Shown here: one piece after another, positions 18,850-29,107 of the stretch | Layout of the letters: each line of letters starts with the position of its first letter | Position numbering within the stretch: the stretch's first letter is position 1 | Source: a bacterium | Lineage (GTDB): Bacteria; Bdellovibrionota_C; UBA2361; CALJRW01 | DNA length: 64,000 nt | Direction: 5' to 3' | Assembly (NCBI GenBank): GCA_031385045.1 | Contig: JANNBC010000009.1 | Location: 16,186 to 80,185, forward strand | Translations under genes and position numbers: made by a program | Notes under the pieces: model-generated | What the model was told of the DNA's origin: nothing | Databases searched by the model: none | The model's input: the letters and a program-made list of their open reading frames with translations, nothing else

Positions 18850-19479
18850 TTATGAATTTTTTAAGATGATCTGATAAACCACATCTCCTGCATTACGACA
18901 GCGGTCAATGGCACTTTCTAAATGAGATAATAAATCTTTAGTAACAAATAGACGGATGGCATCTGTTTCTGACTTGTAAAGTCTTTCGATAGACTCATCT
19001 AATAATTTATCCGCTTCATATTCACACTGATCAAGTCGATCTTTTAGTAATTTAGCGTTTTTTAGATCCGTAATCTTTTTTAAGCAGGCAATCAGCTCAA
19101 TCAAAACAAGTGTGGCATCAGTTAAATACTCCAGCTGTTGTAAGAAATAACTTTTATCAGTTAAGTGCTGTGCCGCTTTAAATCGTTCACCAAACTTATT
19201 GATTGTCTTTGCAATCTTCAGGAGTGAGTTAGATAATGACTCGATATCTTCTCTTTCTATGGCAGTAATGAAAGTTGAAACAAGCAATTCTCGAATTTTC
19301 TCTGTCAATTGCATATCACCAAATTCAGCCTTCCGAAAATATCGAACCGATTCAATGGAATCAGGACGTTGAATCATCTGCTTTAACGACAGAGCCATGG
19401 AGTTTGTTTGAGCGGCACTACCCTCTAATAATCTGATAAATTCATCGTCTTTTGAGAAAAAAGATAAGATTGAAAACAT
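18850..19479 (-). CDS. DUF47 / PhoU-like phosphate transport regulator
   Basis: TFITAIEREDI, EYEAD, LESAIDRC; directly upstream of pit. Confidence 0.88.
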   Translation of the reverse strand: MFSILSFFSKDDEFIRLLEGSAAQTNSMALSLKQMIQRPDSIESVRYFRKAEFGDMQLTEKIRELLVSTFITAIEREDIESLSNSLLKIAKTINKFGERFKAAQHLTDKSYFLQQLEYLTDATLVLIELIACLKKITDLKNAKLLKDRLDQCEYEADKLLDESIERLYKSETDAIRLFVTKDLLSHLESAIDRCRNAGDVVYQIILKNS

Positions 19480-19503
19480 TTAGAATTTTCCTAATCGAAA
19501 GAA

Positions 19504-21393
19504 CTAAAATTCTAGCAGTGAGTTTAATTTCTTTCGTAAAAACAAAACGAAAATAAAGACTACAAAAGATGCTAACTGTAGCGCAACAAAAGGATAAGAA
19601 AATAAAACAAGTACTAGCAAGCTGGTAATTCCTAACGCCAAGATTAGATATTTACGAAGCTCAAGATATTCAATCGTTTTCTTAAACGGCAAATCCAGTA
19701 AACTTAAGGAAACTAAATTAAAGACCAAGAGATATTTGCGTTGCTCGGCAATCATCTCTGAAAAACTTTGTTCAAAGAAAATATTAATTGCATCAGGAGC
19801 AACCGTTGCTTGTTCAGCTTGAATATTGGGACTTCCTCCAATAATCTGAAGGTTTTTGCCTAAATGTTTGCGGTCAACGATGGGTAAAGTAACCTCTGAA
19901 GAAGTTGTGAGTGGCTGACTAAAACGAACTTGTGCTGGCTCATTGCGACACTCACTAAACAAGCGATCACTTACTTCTACACCAGCATAAACTTCACGAT
20001 TAAGTGCTAAATAATAGGCATGCTTGCTTTTTGCTCGCCCCATTACTTCACTCGTATTCAAGACAATCCCATTTTCTAATAAAAATTGTTCTGAACCAAA
20101 GCACAGAGCAATTCCTTCTAATTCTCCAAGAAAACCATTGGAATAAACGCGAACTTTTTCTAGGGGATTATTTAAATATTTTTGCAAATAGTTAGATTGC
20201 ATTTCTTCATGAATCGCTTGAAAGTCAGGTTCATTGCTGTAACTTGTAAGATAAAAAATTAGCAAAGCAACTCGATCTTCCGCAATTAGATCGCTTAGAA
20301 TCATTAGACTACTAACTTTTTTAATTTGAAAATCTGGTGAAATGCTTTCCCAGGAGACTGATTTTTTTCCAAGCGCTAAAAAATCATTACAAAAAATAGC
20401 CCTGGAGGCTAAGCGCTCTTTTAATGCCGGATAGGCTTTTTGAATTAAGCTAGCTAAATCTAAAAAATAAGCAAAAGATAAAAAAACTGTGTGACTTAAA
20501 ATAAAATTTGTCAGACTAAAACCTGATATACTCAAATAATAGTAAACACCTAGAATGTAGGCGCCGATCAAATAATAATAAAACTTATTAGCAAGAGAGT
20601 TGCGATCAGAGAAAAGATAGTCTTTTAGAAACGATAGGTAGGCTTCGTCTTTTAAATTCTCGACTGCTAAATCAATCTTTCCGGCAACTAAATAAGAACC
20701 AGCTGGGATGGCGTCGCCAACCGTCACGTAACTACGACTCCATCGAAAAGGTTGTTTTAGAAGTGCAAAAACTGCGGAGCCAGAATCTACTAAGCAATTC
20801 TTAGTTATAATCTGATTTTTTTGAGGTTGAAAAATTGTTCCAGTTGTTAATTCACAATGAGCTATTTTTTGAGCTTCAGAACTTAACTGTTGGTAAGATG
20901 TCAGTTCACTCCAATTAAAACGAATTAAATGTTCGTTAATTAGATTTAATAAATTTGATCTTAAAAAAATATATAAAGCAGAAAAGAGACTACTAAAAAC
21001 TGAAATTTGCCAGAAGCGATAGCTAAAATTAGTGCTGTAATCTTCTAGCGAAAAAACTGCCAAGAAAAAAACGGGAGTTAGCCCGCTAAGAATCAAGAGT
21101 ATTGGTTTTGATTGTTCTTCTTGGTAAGTAGAGAGTAAGCGAGTTAATGAAAATGCATATCCAAGAAGGAGGATAATCAGGGCAAAGAAACGGAGTGGCA
21201 CATCTACTCCAACTGGAGCAAGACTAAATCGAATACCCTGAACTAGGATTATTAGGGTGATAAAAAAAATGAAAAGTTTATATTGTTTGAGGAAGCTCCA
21301 AGATTTTATACCAACTGGACGTAAGGTCATCTGTTTAAATCCCAAAAATTTATATCGCCACCAATTTAAAAACTGGTGGCAACATCCCTTCAA
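19504..21393 (-). CDS. Membrane protein resembling a degenerate P1B-type ATPase
   Basis: Multi-TM; GDAIPAGSYLVAGKI, GFLGELEG..LCFGSEQFL, YLALNREVYAGVEVSD echo A and N domains; no TGE, DKTGT or GDGxND; alternative ATG start at 21330. Confidence 0.55.
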   Translation of the reverse strand: MKGCCHQFLNWWRYKFLGFKQMTLRPVGIKSWSFLKQYKLFIFFITLIILVQGIRFSLAPVGVDVPLRFFALIILLLGYAFSLTRLLSTYQEEQSKPILLILSGLTPVFFLAVFSLEDYSTNFSYRFWQISVFSSLFSALYIFLRSNLLNLINEHLIRFNWSELTSYQQLSSEAQKIAHCELTTGTIFQPQKNQIITKNCLVDSGSAVFALLKQPFRWSRSYVTVGDAIPAGSYLVAGKIDLAVENLKDEAYLSFLKDYLFSDRNSLANKFYYYLIGAYILGVYYYLSISGFSLTNFILSHTVFLSFAYFLDLASLIQKAYPALKERLASRAIFCNDFLALGKKSVSWESISPDFQIKKVSSLMILSDLIAEDRVALLIFYLTSYSNEPDFQAIHEEMQSNYLQKYLNNPLEKVRVYSNGFLGELEGIALCFGSEQFLLENGIVLNTSEVMGRAKSKHAYYLALNREVYAGVEVSDRLFSECRNEPAQVRFSQPLTTSSEVTLPIVDRKHLGKNLQIIGGSPNIQAEQATVAPDAINIFFEQSFSEMIAEQRKYLLVFNLVSLSLLDLPFKKTIEYLELRKYLILALGITSLLVLVLFSYPFVALQLASFVVFIFVLFLRKKLNSLLEF

Positions 21394-21429
21394 ACAAGTA
21401 TGCTAACTTAAATTAGCGACTCTGTTTGT

Positions 21430-21660
21430 TTACGCCGCTTGTTGAGCGACTTCTTTAACAACAGGTTTAAATTTTTTCTTTAAACGGGAAAGCTTTCCTT
21501 CTTTATAAAGAACTTTCTTTTGAGCGATTGGATCGTACTTCATTAGCTCTAACTTAGTAGTAACACCACCTTTACGTTTTTTATTGCGACGAATTGTGTA
21601 AAAATGACCAGTTCCGGCAGAGGAAACCAGCTGAACGCCTTCTTTAGATACTTTTGCCAT
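21430..21660 (-). CDS. rpmG: 50S ribosomal protein L33
   Basis: LVSSAGTGHFYT..NK....KLELMKYDP....VLYKE; ATG at 21660. Confidence 0.93.
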   Translation of the reverse strand: MAKVSKEGVQLVSSAGTGHFYTIRRNKKRKGGVTTKLELMKYDPIAQKKVLYKEGKLSRLKKKFKPVVKEVAQQAA

Positions 21661-21762
21661 TGTAAAAATCCAGTTTAAATTGAAATCTATTAACAATAGT
21701 TTTTTGAATATTATCAAAAACTATTATATAAAGGTGATATTATTATCAATAAATTCAACTAA

Positions 21763-23019
21763 ATGCAAATTATACAAGATCTTCAAAACCGTGGATTAAT
21801 TCAGGATATATCCCTTCCTGAGCTGGATCAAAAACTTCAAATTGGCAATAAATTCTATGCTGGATTTGATCCTACCGCGCCTAGTCTCCATTTAGGCAAT
21901 TTTGTCATAATTATGACAATGTTACGCCTGACTAAGGCGGGACTGAAGCCAATTATGTTATTTGGAGGTGCCACAGGACAAGTTGGAGACCCTTCGGGAA
22001 AGGCCTCGGAAAGACCCATTCTGGACTTAAATGAGATTAATAATAACGTCTTGGAGCAAAAAAATCAGGTCAATCAAATCTTCCTTCGCCTTGGTTTTGA
22101 GGTCGAGTTTGTTGATAATGCTGACTGGACAACACCAATTAGTTTTACCACATTTCTAAGAGAAGTTGGTAAATACCTGACAATTAATTACATGCTAGCT
22201 AAAGAGTCAGTCAAACGGCGTGTCGAAGGAGATGGTATGTCTTTTGCTGAATTTAGCTACATGCTAATTCAAGCTAATGACTTTTTGCACCTCTACCAAA
22301 CTAAGGGTGTCGTGATGCAAATCGGAGGCTCCGATCAGTGGGGTAATTTAACTTGTGGAATGGAATTAGTTCGTAAGAAGCTTCATCAAGATGTCTACAC
22401 TTTTTCAGTCCCACTACTTACTGATTCTAATGGTAAAAAGTTTGGTAAATCAGAGAAAGGAGCTCTTTGGCTTGACCCTGAAAAAACATCCCCTTTTGCT
22501 CTACATCAATTTCTACTTAACTCGGCAGATGCTGATGTCATTAATCTAATTCAGAAACTTACATTTGCTGATGGTCCCCAAATAACTAACCTTCAAAATA
22601 GTTTAAGTACTGAGCCAGAAAAAAGAATCGCCCAAACATTTCTGGCTGATGAGGTTTGTGCATTAATCCACGGACAAGAATCCGTGGAATCAGCAAAGAT
22701 CGCTGCTAAAGTTCTTTTTGGAGGAGACCCAACAGGACTTCCAGTAAAACAATTACTAGAAATATTTAGTGAAGTCCCATCACACTCGATTGCCAAATCA
22801 GAATTACTTGATACAAAATTTCTAGATTTGCTTGTGACAGTAGAAGCTTGCACCTCCAAGGGTCAAGCACGCAAGCTAATCGAAAGTGGTGGTGCCTACT
22901 TAAATAATCAAAGGATTACAGATATAGATCTAAAGATTACCTTAACTAGTTTGATTGAAGGTCAATTATTAATTCTGCGAACAGGCAAGAAATCTTATTT
23001 CTTAGTTAACGTAATTTAA
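21763..23019 (+). CDS. tyrS: Tyrosine-tRNA ligase
   Basis: GFDPTAPSLHLGN, QIGGSDQWGN, KFGKS, C-terminal S4 domain. Confidence 0.97.
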   Translation: MQIIQDLQNRGLIQDISLPELDQKLQIGNKFYAGFDPTAPSLHLGNFVIIMTMLRLTKAGLKPIMLFGGATGQVGDPSGKASERPILDLNEINNNVLEQKNQVNQIFLRLGFEVEFVDNADWTTPISFTTFLREVGKYLTINYMLAKESVKRRVEGDGMSFAEFSYMLIQANDFLHLYQTKGVVMQIGGSDQWGNLTCGMELVRKKLHQDVYTFSVPLLTDSNGKKFGKSEKGALWLDPEKTSPFALHQFLLNSADADVINLIQKLTFADGPQITNLQNSLSTEPEKRIAQTFLADEVCALIHGQESVESAKIAAKVLFGGDPTGLPVKQLLEIFSEVPSHSIAKSELLDTKFLDLLVTVEACTSKGQARKLIESGGAYLNNQRITDIDLKITLTSLIEGQLLILRTGKKSYFLVNVI

Positions 23020-23028
23020 GGAGTTCTA

Positions 23029-23487
23029 TTGAATTTTAGTAGTGGTCAAAAAGTACTCGTTAAATCCTTGAAAAAACCTGGGATTTTTTTATCTTTACTA
23101 AATACAAAATCGGCCTTGATTAGCCTCGGTAAGTTAGAATTAAAAATTCCCTTAAGCGATCTAGAAATTATTACTTCCCCTATAAAGACAAAAAAAGAAT
23201 CAGCTGTTGCTAAAAAATTTAAACCCCAGAAAAAACTTCCCGGAGCCGCTTATAAAAAATCTCTTAAAATTGACTATCATGGTTTTACAAAAGCAAACTG
23301 TCTAGCTGATTTCGAACAACGTCTAAACCAAGCTTACTTAGATCAAGTCAAAGAAATTGTTGTTGTTCATGGCCGTGGTCAAGGAGTCTTAAAACAAGCT
23401 TTAATTGCATATCTTCAAAAGATTAATCTTAAACTTAGCTTTCGTAGTAGTGCAATTAATGAGAATGAGCTTATAGTTAATTTATGA
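23029..23487 (+). CDS. Smr domain protein (MutS2 C-terminal-like)
   Basis: N-terminal KOW-like GQKVLV; C-terminal IDYHG...VVHGRGQGVLK. Confidence 0.82.
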   Translation: MNFSSGQKVLVKSLKKPGIFLSLLNTKSALISLGKLELKIPLSDLEIITSPIKTKKESAVAKKFKPQKKLPGAAYKKSLKIDYHGFTKANCLADFEQRLNQAYLDQVKEIVVVHGRGQGVLKQALIAYLQKINLKLSFRSSAINENELIVNL

Positions 23488-23993
23488 AGATAGTATTACT
23501 AATTTTCTTAATCATTTTTAATAATATAATATTTGCAGAACCACCTACTCGTTCTCCCAATCCTGGCTGGAGCGAAATGCAGGTACAAGAAACAACAAGA
23601 CCGACAGTCTTAACCCAAGTATTACTTTGGGTCCCAAATCGAATCGCTGATCTTGTGGATATTATTCGTGTCGATGTCGGCGCTGGCCCTTCAGTTGGTG
23701 CTGTTGTGCGGCTTAGTGAAAACTTTCAATTTGGATATCGCGTCATGCACCCAATGTCTGTTCGAGTTGGAGCATTTGGCCGAAACTATCCTTGGCTAAT
23801 TGAAACCTCTGATGAAATGGGTGTAACTCCCCGCTTCCAAGAATCTTTACAAAGAAAAGTTTGCGGATCGGAAATTGGAGTTGGCGCTGATTTACTAATC
23901 GTTGGTGGATATGGTGGAATTTGCCTGCAAGAAATCGCTGATTTCTTTGCCGGCGTCTTCTTTATGGACTTAAATGATGATGATTGGCAATAA
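23484..23993 (+). CDS. Hypothetical exported or membrane protein
   Basis: Signal-peptide-like N-terminus; start overlaps the Smr gene stop (ATGA). Confidence 0.75.
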   Translation: MKIVLLIFLIIFNNIIFAEPPTRSPNPGWSEMQVQETTRPTVLTQVLLWVPNRIADLVDIIRVDVGAGPSVGAVVRLSENFQFGYRVMHPMSVRVGAFGRNYPWLIETSDEMGVTPRFQESLQRKVCGSEIGVGADLLIVGGYGGICLQEIADFFAGVFFMDLNDDDWQ

Positions 23994-23997
23994 ATAA

Positions 23998-24801
23998 TTA
24001 ATCGATAGTACGCAACGCTTTAATCTCGTTAATTTTATCCATTGTTAATTCTTTGATTGATTCAATAATCATTTTTGGCTCGTAGGCATACTTCGCTAAA
24101 TGTTTACGTTGCGAGACGCCAGTCAGTGTCATGATTGTATAATAGCCCATTTGCGTTCCTCCTAGAATATCCGTAACCATTGTATCTCCAATAATTACTG
24201 TTTCCGCAGTTCGTGTTCCCAAGTAGTTTCTAGCTTGGCGCATCATTACAGGACTTGGCTTACCTACACTAAACGCTTTAACGCCGGTCGCTTCTTCCAG
24301 CATGGCAACTGTGGCTTTAATGCCGGGCTTAGTCCAGCCAACAATTTTTGGTGAGGGATCCAAATTAGTTGCAACTAATTTAGCACCCTCTAAGATCATA
24401 TCAATTGCACTACTAATCCGATCCATTGTAAAACTAACACCCTCACCAACGACAACATAATCCGGATTTTTATCAACAATTGAAAAGCCATTTTGATAAA
24501 GACTTTGAATCAAACCACCTTCACCAATAACATAAGCTGTGCCATTTGGTTTTTGTTGCGCTAAAAATTGGCCTGTGGCCATGGCACTTGTAAAGATATT
24601 ATGCTCAGCAACAAAGATTTCCATCTTCTGAAGTTTTAGGACAACCTCTCGCTGAGTGCGTTGACTATTATTTGTAAAGAACAGAAATGGAATATCATTA
24701 TCCTGCAAAGTCTTAATGAACTCGTTTGTTCCAGGGATCCGCTGAGCACCACTATAGATCACACCATCCATATCAATTAGAAATCCGATCTTATCAATCA
24801 T
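23998..24801 (-). CDS. nagD: HAD-IIA hydrolase, NagD-like
   Basis: IDMDGVIY, FTNNS, VGKPSP, IGDTMVTDILGG. Confidence 0.88.
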   Translation of the reverse strand: MIDKIGFLIDMDGVIYSGAQRIPGTNEFIKTLQDNDIPFLFFTNNSQRTQREVVLKLQKMEIFVAEHNIFTSAMATGQFLAQQKPNGTAYVIGEGGLIQSLYQNGFSIVDKNPDYVVVGEGVSFTMDRISSAIDMILEGAKLVATNLDPSPKIVGWTKPGIKATVAMLEEATGVKAFSVGKPSPVMMRQARNYLGTRTAETVIIGDTMVTDILGGTQMGYYTIMTLTGVSQRKHLAKYAYEPKMIIESIKELTMDKINEIKALRTID

Positions 24802-25088
24802 TGTATTTTACTTTTTTGAAATTTTAGAGAGAAACTGTAGCAAGTTAAAAAACTATTGCGACAAAACACTTAAGAGGGATAATTGATTAGCAAAAACCAA
24901 GACAGACAATTAAAAACCCTATGCTAATACTTATAGCATAAGTTTTTTATAGAGATAAATAGTTGTTTGATTTTTTTCTGTTTTATTTTGCTATTTTAAG
25001 AAATTGACTAAGGGTCTATAGTTAATCAAGAATCAAAGATATGGCTGATGTCTAGCGCCAGTTAATTTACTACCAAATAATAAAGACA

Positions 25089-26372
25089 ATGACTAAGAAA
25101 ACTAAATACTCCATCCCCACTCAATTGATATATGGCAAATATTCCACTGAAAAATGGAACTTTGCAAGTCATATAGTTCCGCCGATGACTCTGAGCAGTT
25201 CCTTTCGTCTTCAATCAGCAGAACGTGGAGCAGAAGCATTCTCCCACTTTGGACAATTAGACCAACCGGAAGCGCAATATTTCTATGAGCGAATGGGCGA
25301 ACCAAATAAGGATATGCTAGAGGAGACCTTGGCCATTGCGGAAGGCGGAGAATGTTGTTTAACATTTGGAAGTGGTATGGGGGCGATTTCTGCGGCAACA
25401 GGCTTTGCTCTTAATGAATCTGCTAGTGAAATTATCTCCCATAAAACAATCTATGGTTGTAGCTTTTCTCTATTCACTAATTGGTATCGAAAAATTGGAT
25501 TGAAAGTTAATTTCTGTGATTTAAAAGATCCTGAGTCCTTTCTACCTTTTGTGACTGAACGGACTCGTATTCTATATTTAGAAGCTCCAGCCAACCCAAC
25601 TCTCGATCTTTTAGATCTCGATGCCATCTCAAAGTTAGTTGCAGAGCTTAATAAAACGCGCAACACCGAAAACAAAATTATCACCGTAATGGACAATACC
25701 TTTGCAACCCCTTGGGGACAACGCCCGATGGAACATGGGATTGATGTAGTGGCTCACAGCATGACCAAAAACCTTTCTGGATTTGGAGCCTGCTTAGGCG
25801 GTGCTGTAATTACCAAGAAAGAACACTTTGCTAACCTTTCCCTCTACCGTAAAGATTATGGTGGAAACTTATCCCCGCAAACTGCTTGGCAAATTTTGGT
25901 TTATGGAATTCCAAGTTTAGGAATTAGAATTAATAAACAAACTGATAACGCTAAAATAGTTGCAAAATTTCTAGAAGAACACCCAAAAGTTGAAAAAGTG
26001 TACTACCCCGGCCTAGAATCTTTTCCACAGTATGAATTAGCTCAGCGAATGCTTAAAGATTATAATGGCAAGTTTATGCCAGGAACATTAATCTTCTTTC
26101 ATCTGAAAGGAAAAGATTTAGATTCGGCAAGGGATGCGGGAAGAAAACTAATGAATAGTCTGGCTGATAATGCTTATTGCTTAACTCTAGCAGTTAGTCT
26201 TGGACAATTAAAAACTTTAATTGAACATCCAGGATCAATGACTCATTCCGCTTATAGCTCAGAGCAACAGCTTGAAGTTGGAATCCACCCAGGAGGGATT
26301 AGACTTTCCTTAGGTATTGAAGAAGTGGAAGATATTATTAGAGATCTTACTGCCGCACTCGATACTTTATAA
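25089..26372 (+). CDS. PLP-dependent transsulfuration enzyme (methionine gamma-lyase / cystathionine lyase family)
   Basis: YERMGEP, SGMGAI, EAPANP, DNTFATP, HSMTK, AVSLG, IEHPGSMTH, IRLSLGIE. Confidence 0.9.
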   Translation: MTKKTKYSIPTQLIYGKYSTEKWNFASHIVPPMTLSSSFRLQSAERGAEAFSHFGQLDQPEAQYFYERMGEPNKDMLEETLAIAEGGECCLTFGSGMGAISAATGFALNESASEIISHKTIYGCSFSLFTNWYRKIGLKVNFCDLKDPESFLPFVTERTRILYLEAPANPTLDLLDLDAISKLVAELNKTRNTENKIITVMDNTFATPWGQRPMEHGIDVVAHSMTKNLSGFGACLGGAVITKKEHFANLSLYRKDYGGNLSPQTAWQILVYGIPSLGIRINKQTDNAKIVAKFLEEHPKVEKVYYPGLESFPQYELAQRMLKDYNGKFMPGTLIFFHLKGKDLDSARDAGRKLMNSLADNAYCLTLAVSLGQLKTLIEHPGSMTHSAYSSEQQLEVGIHPGGIRLSLGIEEVEDIIRDLTAALDTL

Positions 26373-26389
26373 GATTATTTTTCTAAAAA

Positions 26390-26902
26390 ATGAATTTTCA
26401 AGTAAATAAAAATTTATATATAATTACAGGTGCTCCGGCCTCTGGCAAAACAACCTTTGGTTATAAATTAGCCACTGAAATCAATGCCTGCTTTTTAGAT
26501 AGTGATCAAGTAACAGAGGGCTTGATTCAAGCAAGCCTAACTGCGATGAATAGAGATCCAGGAGATCGCGATAGTGATTTTTATAAACAGACTTTTAGAG
26601 ATGTGGTTTACGAAACTCTTTTAACATTAGCTGAGATTAATATCAGAAATGTTCCTGTAGTGATCGCTGCCCCATTTACCAAGGAAATTCAAAGCTTGAA
26701 CTGAAAGGAGGAGTTAGGATTACGTTTCAAGTCCGAGATTTCGATCTATTATTTATCTTGCTCAGCAGAGAAAAGACTCAAAAGAATTAAAGAAAGAGGA
26801 GCTAAACGAGATCAAGCGAAGCTAGAGAATTGGGAACAATCTCGAGCATATTATGGACTTGAGAAAGAGCCAGTCTTTGATTTTATTTTGATTGAAACCT
26901 AG
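26390..26902 (+). pseudogene. P-loop kinase (AAA_33-like) interrupted by in-frame TGA at 26702-26704
   Basis: GAPASGKTT Walker A; the same frame stays open past TGA (KEELG...RLKRIKERGAKRDQAKLENW) to TAG at 26900-26902. Confidence 0.75.
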
Positions 26903-26920
26903 TTTGCCTAGGAATATTTG

Positions 26921-27013
26921 TGGTGCTACACGAAGTGTAGCACCAGTTTTAACTTTATCTGAGAATCCGCCTACGCTTAAGCTACGGCGAGATAGTTTCG
27001 CTAGGCGAAACTA
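26921..27013. repeat. Cluster of three palindromes including a REP-like copy
   Basis: TGGTGCTACA..TGTAGCACCA; TCCGCCTACGCTTAAGCTACGGCG (26966-26989); TAGTTTCGC..GCGAAACTA. Confidence 0.7.
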
Positions 27014-29107
27014 CATTCCCATATCAGCCATTGCTTCACGTCGAGAAAGTTTGATCTTTCCGTTAGAGTCTACATTTAGAACTTTAACTGGAACTTGATC
27101 ACCTTTAGCTAATACGTCATTAACATCTTCTGTTCGCTCATCAGAGATTTCAGAAACGTGTAACAATCCATCCGTTCCTGGAAGAATTTCTACAAACGCA
27201 CCGAAAGACTCAATTCGCTTAACAATCCCTTGATAAATCTTACCAATTTCAGCTTCTGCTGTGTGTGCCTTAATAACTTTTAAACCAGCAGACATTTGCT
27301 CAGCATTAGAACCTGAAACAGTAACTGTTCCATCATCTTGAATGTCGATATTGATCTTGTAGACATCAGTAATTGATTTGATAGTTTTACCACCAGAACC
27401 AATCAAGTCGCGAATCTTACCTGGATTAATCTTAATAACTTCAATTTGTGGAGCTTTAGGATTAATAATGGATCGTGGCTCAGCCATAGCTTCTTTCATC
27501 ACAGAAAGAATATGAAGTCTTGCAACTCGAGCTTGCTCTAGCGCTTGAGTCATAATCTCTTTAGAAAGACCAGCAATCTTGATGTCCATTTGAATTGCAG
27601 TTACACCAACATCAGTTCCACAGATTTTAAAATCCATATCACCTAAATGATCTTCATCTCCTAGAATGTCAGTTAAAACTACGAAATCTTCTTCACGCTT
27701 TAATAATCCCATCGCGACCCCTGCTACTGGAGCTTTGATTTTAATACCAGCATCCATCAGTGCCATTGTTCCACCACAAACTGACGCCATAGAACTGGAA
27801 CCATTTGATTCAGTAATATCAGATACAATTCGGATTACGTATGGATTTGATTTATCAGTTGGAACAACTGGAATCAAAGCACGTTCAGCTAAAGCACCAT
27901 GTCCAACTTCACGTCGACCCACTCCGCGCATTGGCTTAGCTTCCCCAACGCTATATCCCGGGAAGTTATAATGGAGGCTAAATCTTTTTTGATAATCTTG
28001 ATGAAGAGTTTCAATTCTCTGCATACTGTCGTTACCAACAGCAAGAGTTGCAGTGACAATCCCCTGAGTTTCCCCACGAGTGAACAATGCTGAACCATGA
28101 ACTCTAGGCAAAAAACCAACTTCGATATTAATTGGGCGAACCGTTACGAAATCGCGACCATCAATTCGCACCTTTTTATCAAATGCTAAGCTACGAACTT
28201 TTTCGTAAACTTCATCTTCAAAAATTGCTTTTACTTCTGTTGTGATTTTTTCTGCATTAGCATCATCAGCCTTAACGATTGCTGCTACACATGATTTTTT
28301 AAGAGCAGAAATTGCTTCTCCCCTAGCATGCTTATGCTCAGTCATGATTGCTGTTTCTAATTTATTGCTAATTTCTGCTTTAACTTTAGCAACCAAAGCA
28401 GCATCTTTAGGAGGAACAGGAGCAATTACTACTTTTTCCTTACCACACTGCTTAGCAAGATCTAATTGCATATTAATTAATGCCTGCATCTCTTGATGAG
28501 CATAAAAAATAGCATCTAAAACTTCAGCTTCAGGAACGATCTGAGCACCACCTTCAACCATTAAGATTGCATCGCGAGAACCAGCTACAATAACTTGTAA
28601 TTCAGCTTTGTTTGACAGTTCCATTGATGGGTTAATCATTAACTTACCATTAACACGACAAACTCGAACACCAGCGATTGGGCCATTAAATGGAATATCA
28701 GAAACCGTTAAAGCAGCAGAGGCACCAGTCATTGCTAATACATCAGTTGGAACTTCAGGATCCGCTGATAACACTGTAGCAATTACTTGTAATTCATTAG
28801 ACATTCCTTCAGGGAACATTGGACGACATGGACGATCGATTAACCTAGAAGTTAATACTTCACTATCAGATAACTTACCTTCGCGTTTGAAAAACCCACC
28901 AGGAATTTTACCTCCAGCATAAGCTTTCTCGATGTATTCGATTGTTAATGGCAAGAAATCAAACCCTCTTGATTCTCCCATACAAACAGTTACTAACACG
29001 ACCGAGTCTCCACAAGTGACCAAGGCTGTTCCATTTGTTTGCTTGGCGATACGGCCAGTTTCGATTGTAAGAGTTTTTCCATGAAACTCTGTTGTTACGG
29101 TATACAT
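27011..29107 (-). CDS. pnp: Polyribonucleotide nucleotidyltransferase
   Basis: GKIPGGFFKREG, HGSALFTRGETQ, SNGSSSMASVCGG, EDHLGDMDFK, KH and S1 domains. Confidence 0.98.
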   Translation of the reverse strand: MYTVTTEFHGKTLTIETGRIAKQTNGTALVTCGDSVVLVTVCMGESRGFDFLPLTIEYIEKAYAGGKIPGGFFKREGKLSDSEVLTSRLIDRPCRPMFPEGMSNELQVIATVLSADPEVPTDVLAMTGASAALTVSDIPFNGPIAGVRVCRVNGKLMINPSMELSNKAELQVIVAGSRDAILMVEGGAQIVPEAEVLDAIFYAHQEMQALINMQLDLAKQCGKEKVVIAPVPPKDAALVAKVKAEISNKLETAIMTEHKHARGEAISALKKSCVAAIVKADDANAEKITTEVKAIFEDEVYEKVRSLAFDKKVRIDGRDFVTVRPINIEVGFLPRVHGSALFTRGETQGIVTATLAVGNDSMQRIETLHQDYQKRFSLHYNFPGYSVGEAKPMRGVGRREVGHGALAERALIPVVPTDKSNPYVIRIVSDITESNGSSSMASVCGGTMALMDAGIKIKAPVAGVAMGLLKREEDFVVLTDILGDEDHLGDMDFKICGTDVGVTAIQMDIKIAGLSKEIMTQALEQARVARLHILSVMKEAMAEPRSIINPKAPQIEVIKINPGKIRDLIGSGGKTIKSITDVYKINIDIQDDGTVTVSGSNAEQMSAGLKVIKAHTAEAEIGKIYQGIVKRIESFGAFVEILPGTDGLLHVSEISDERTEDVNDVLAKGDQVPVKVLNVDSNGKIKLSRREAMADMGM

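Noticed and set aside
24920-24940. Inverted repeat TATGCTA-N7-TAGCATA between divergent nagD-like and transsulfuration genes
   Set aside because: Single short AT-rich instance; could be an operator but there is no second copy or regulator to support it.
26702-26704. Genome-wide TGA recoding or selenocysteine
   Set aside because: TGA ends several genes at ATGA overlaps, Trp is TGG elsewhere, and the context is not a redox motif.
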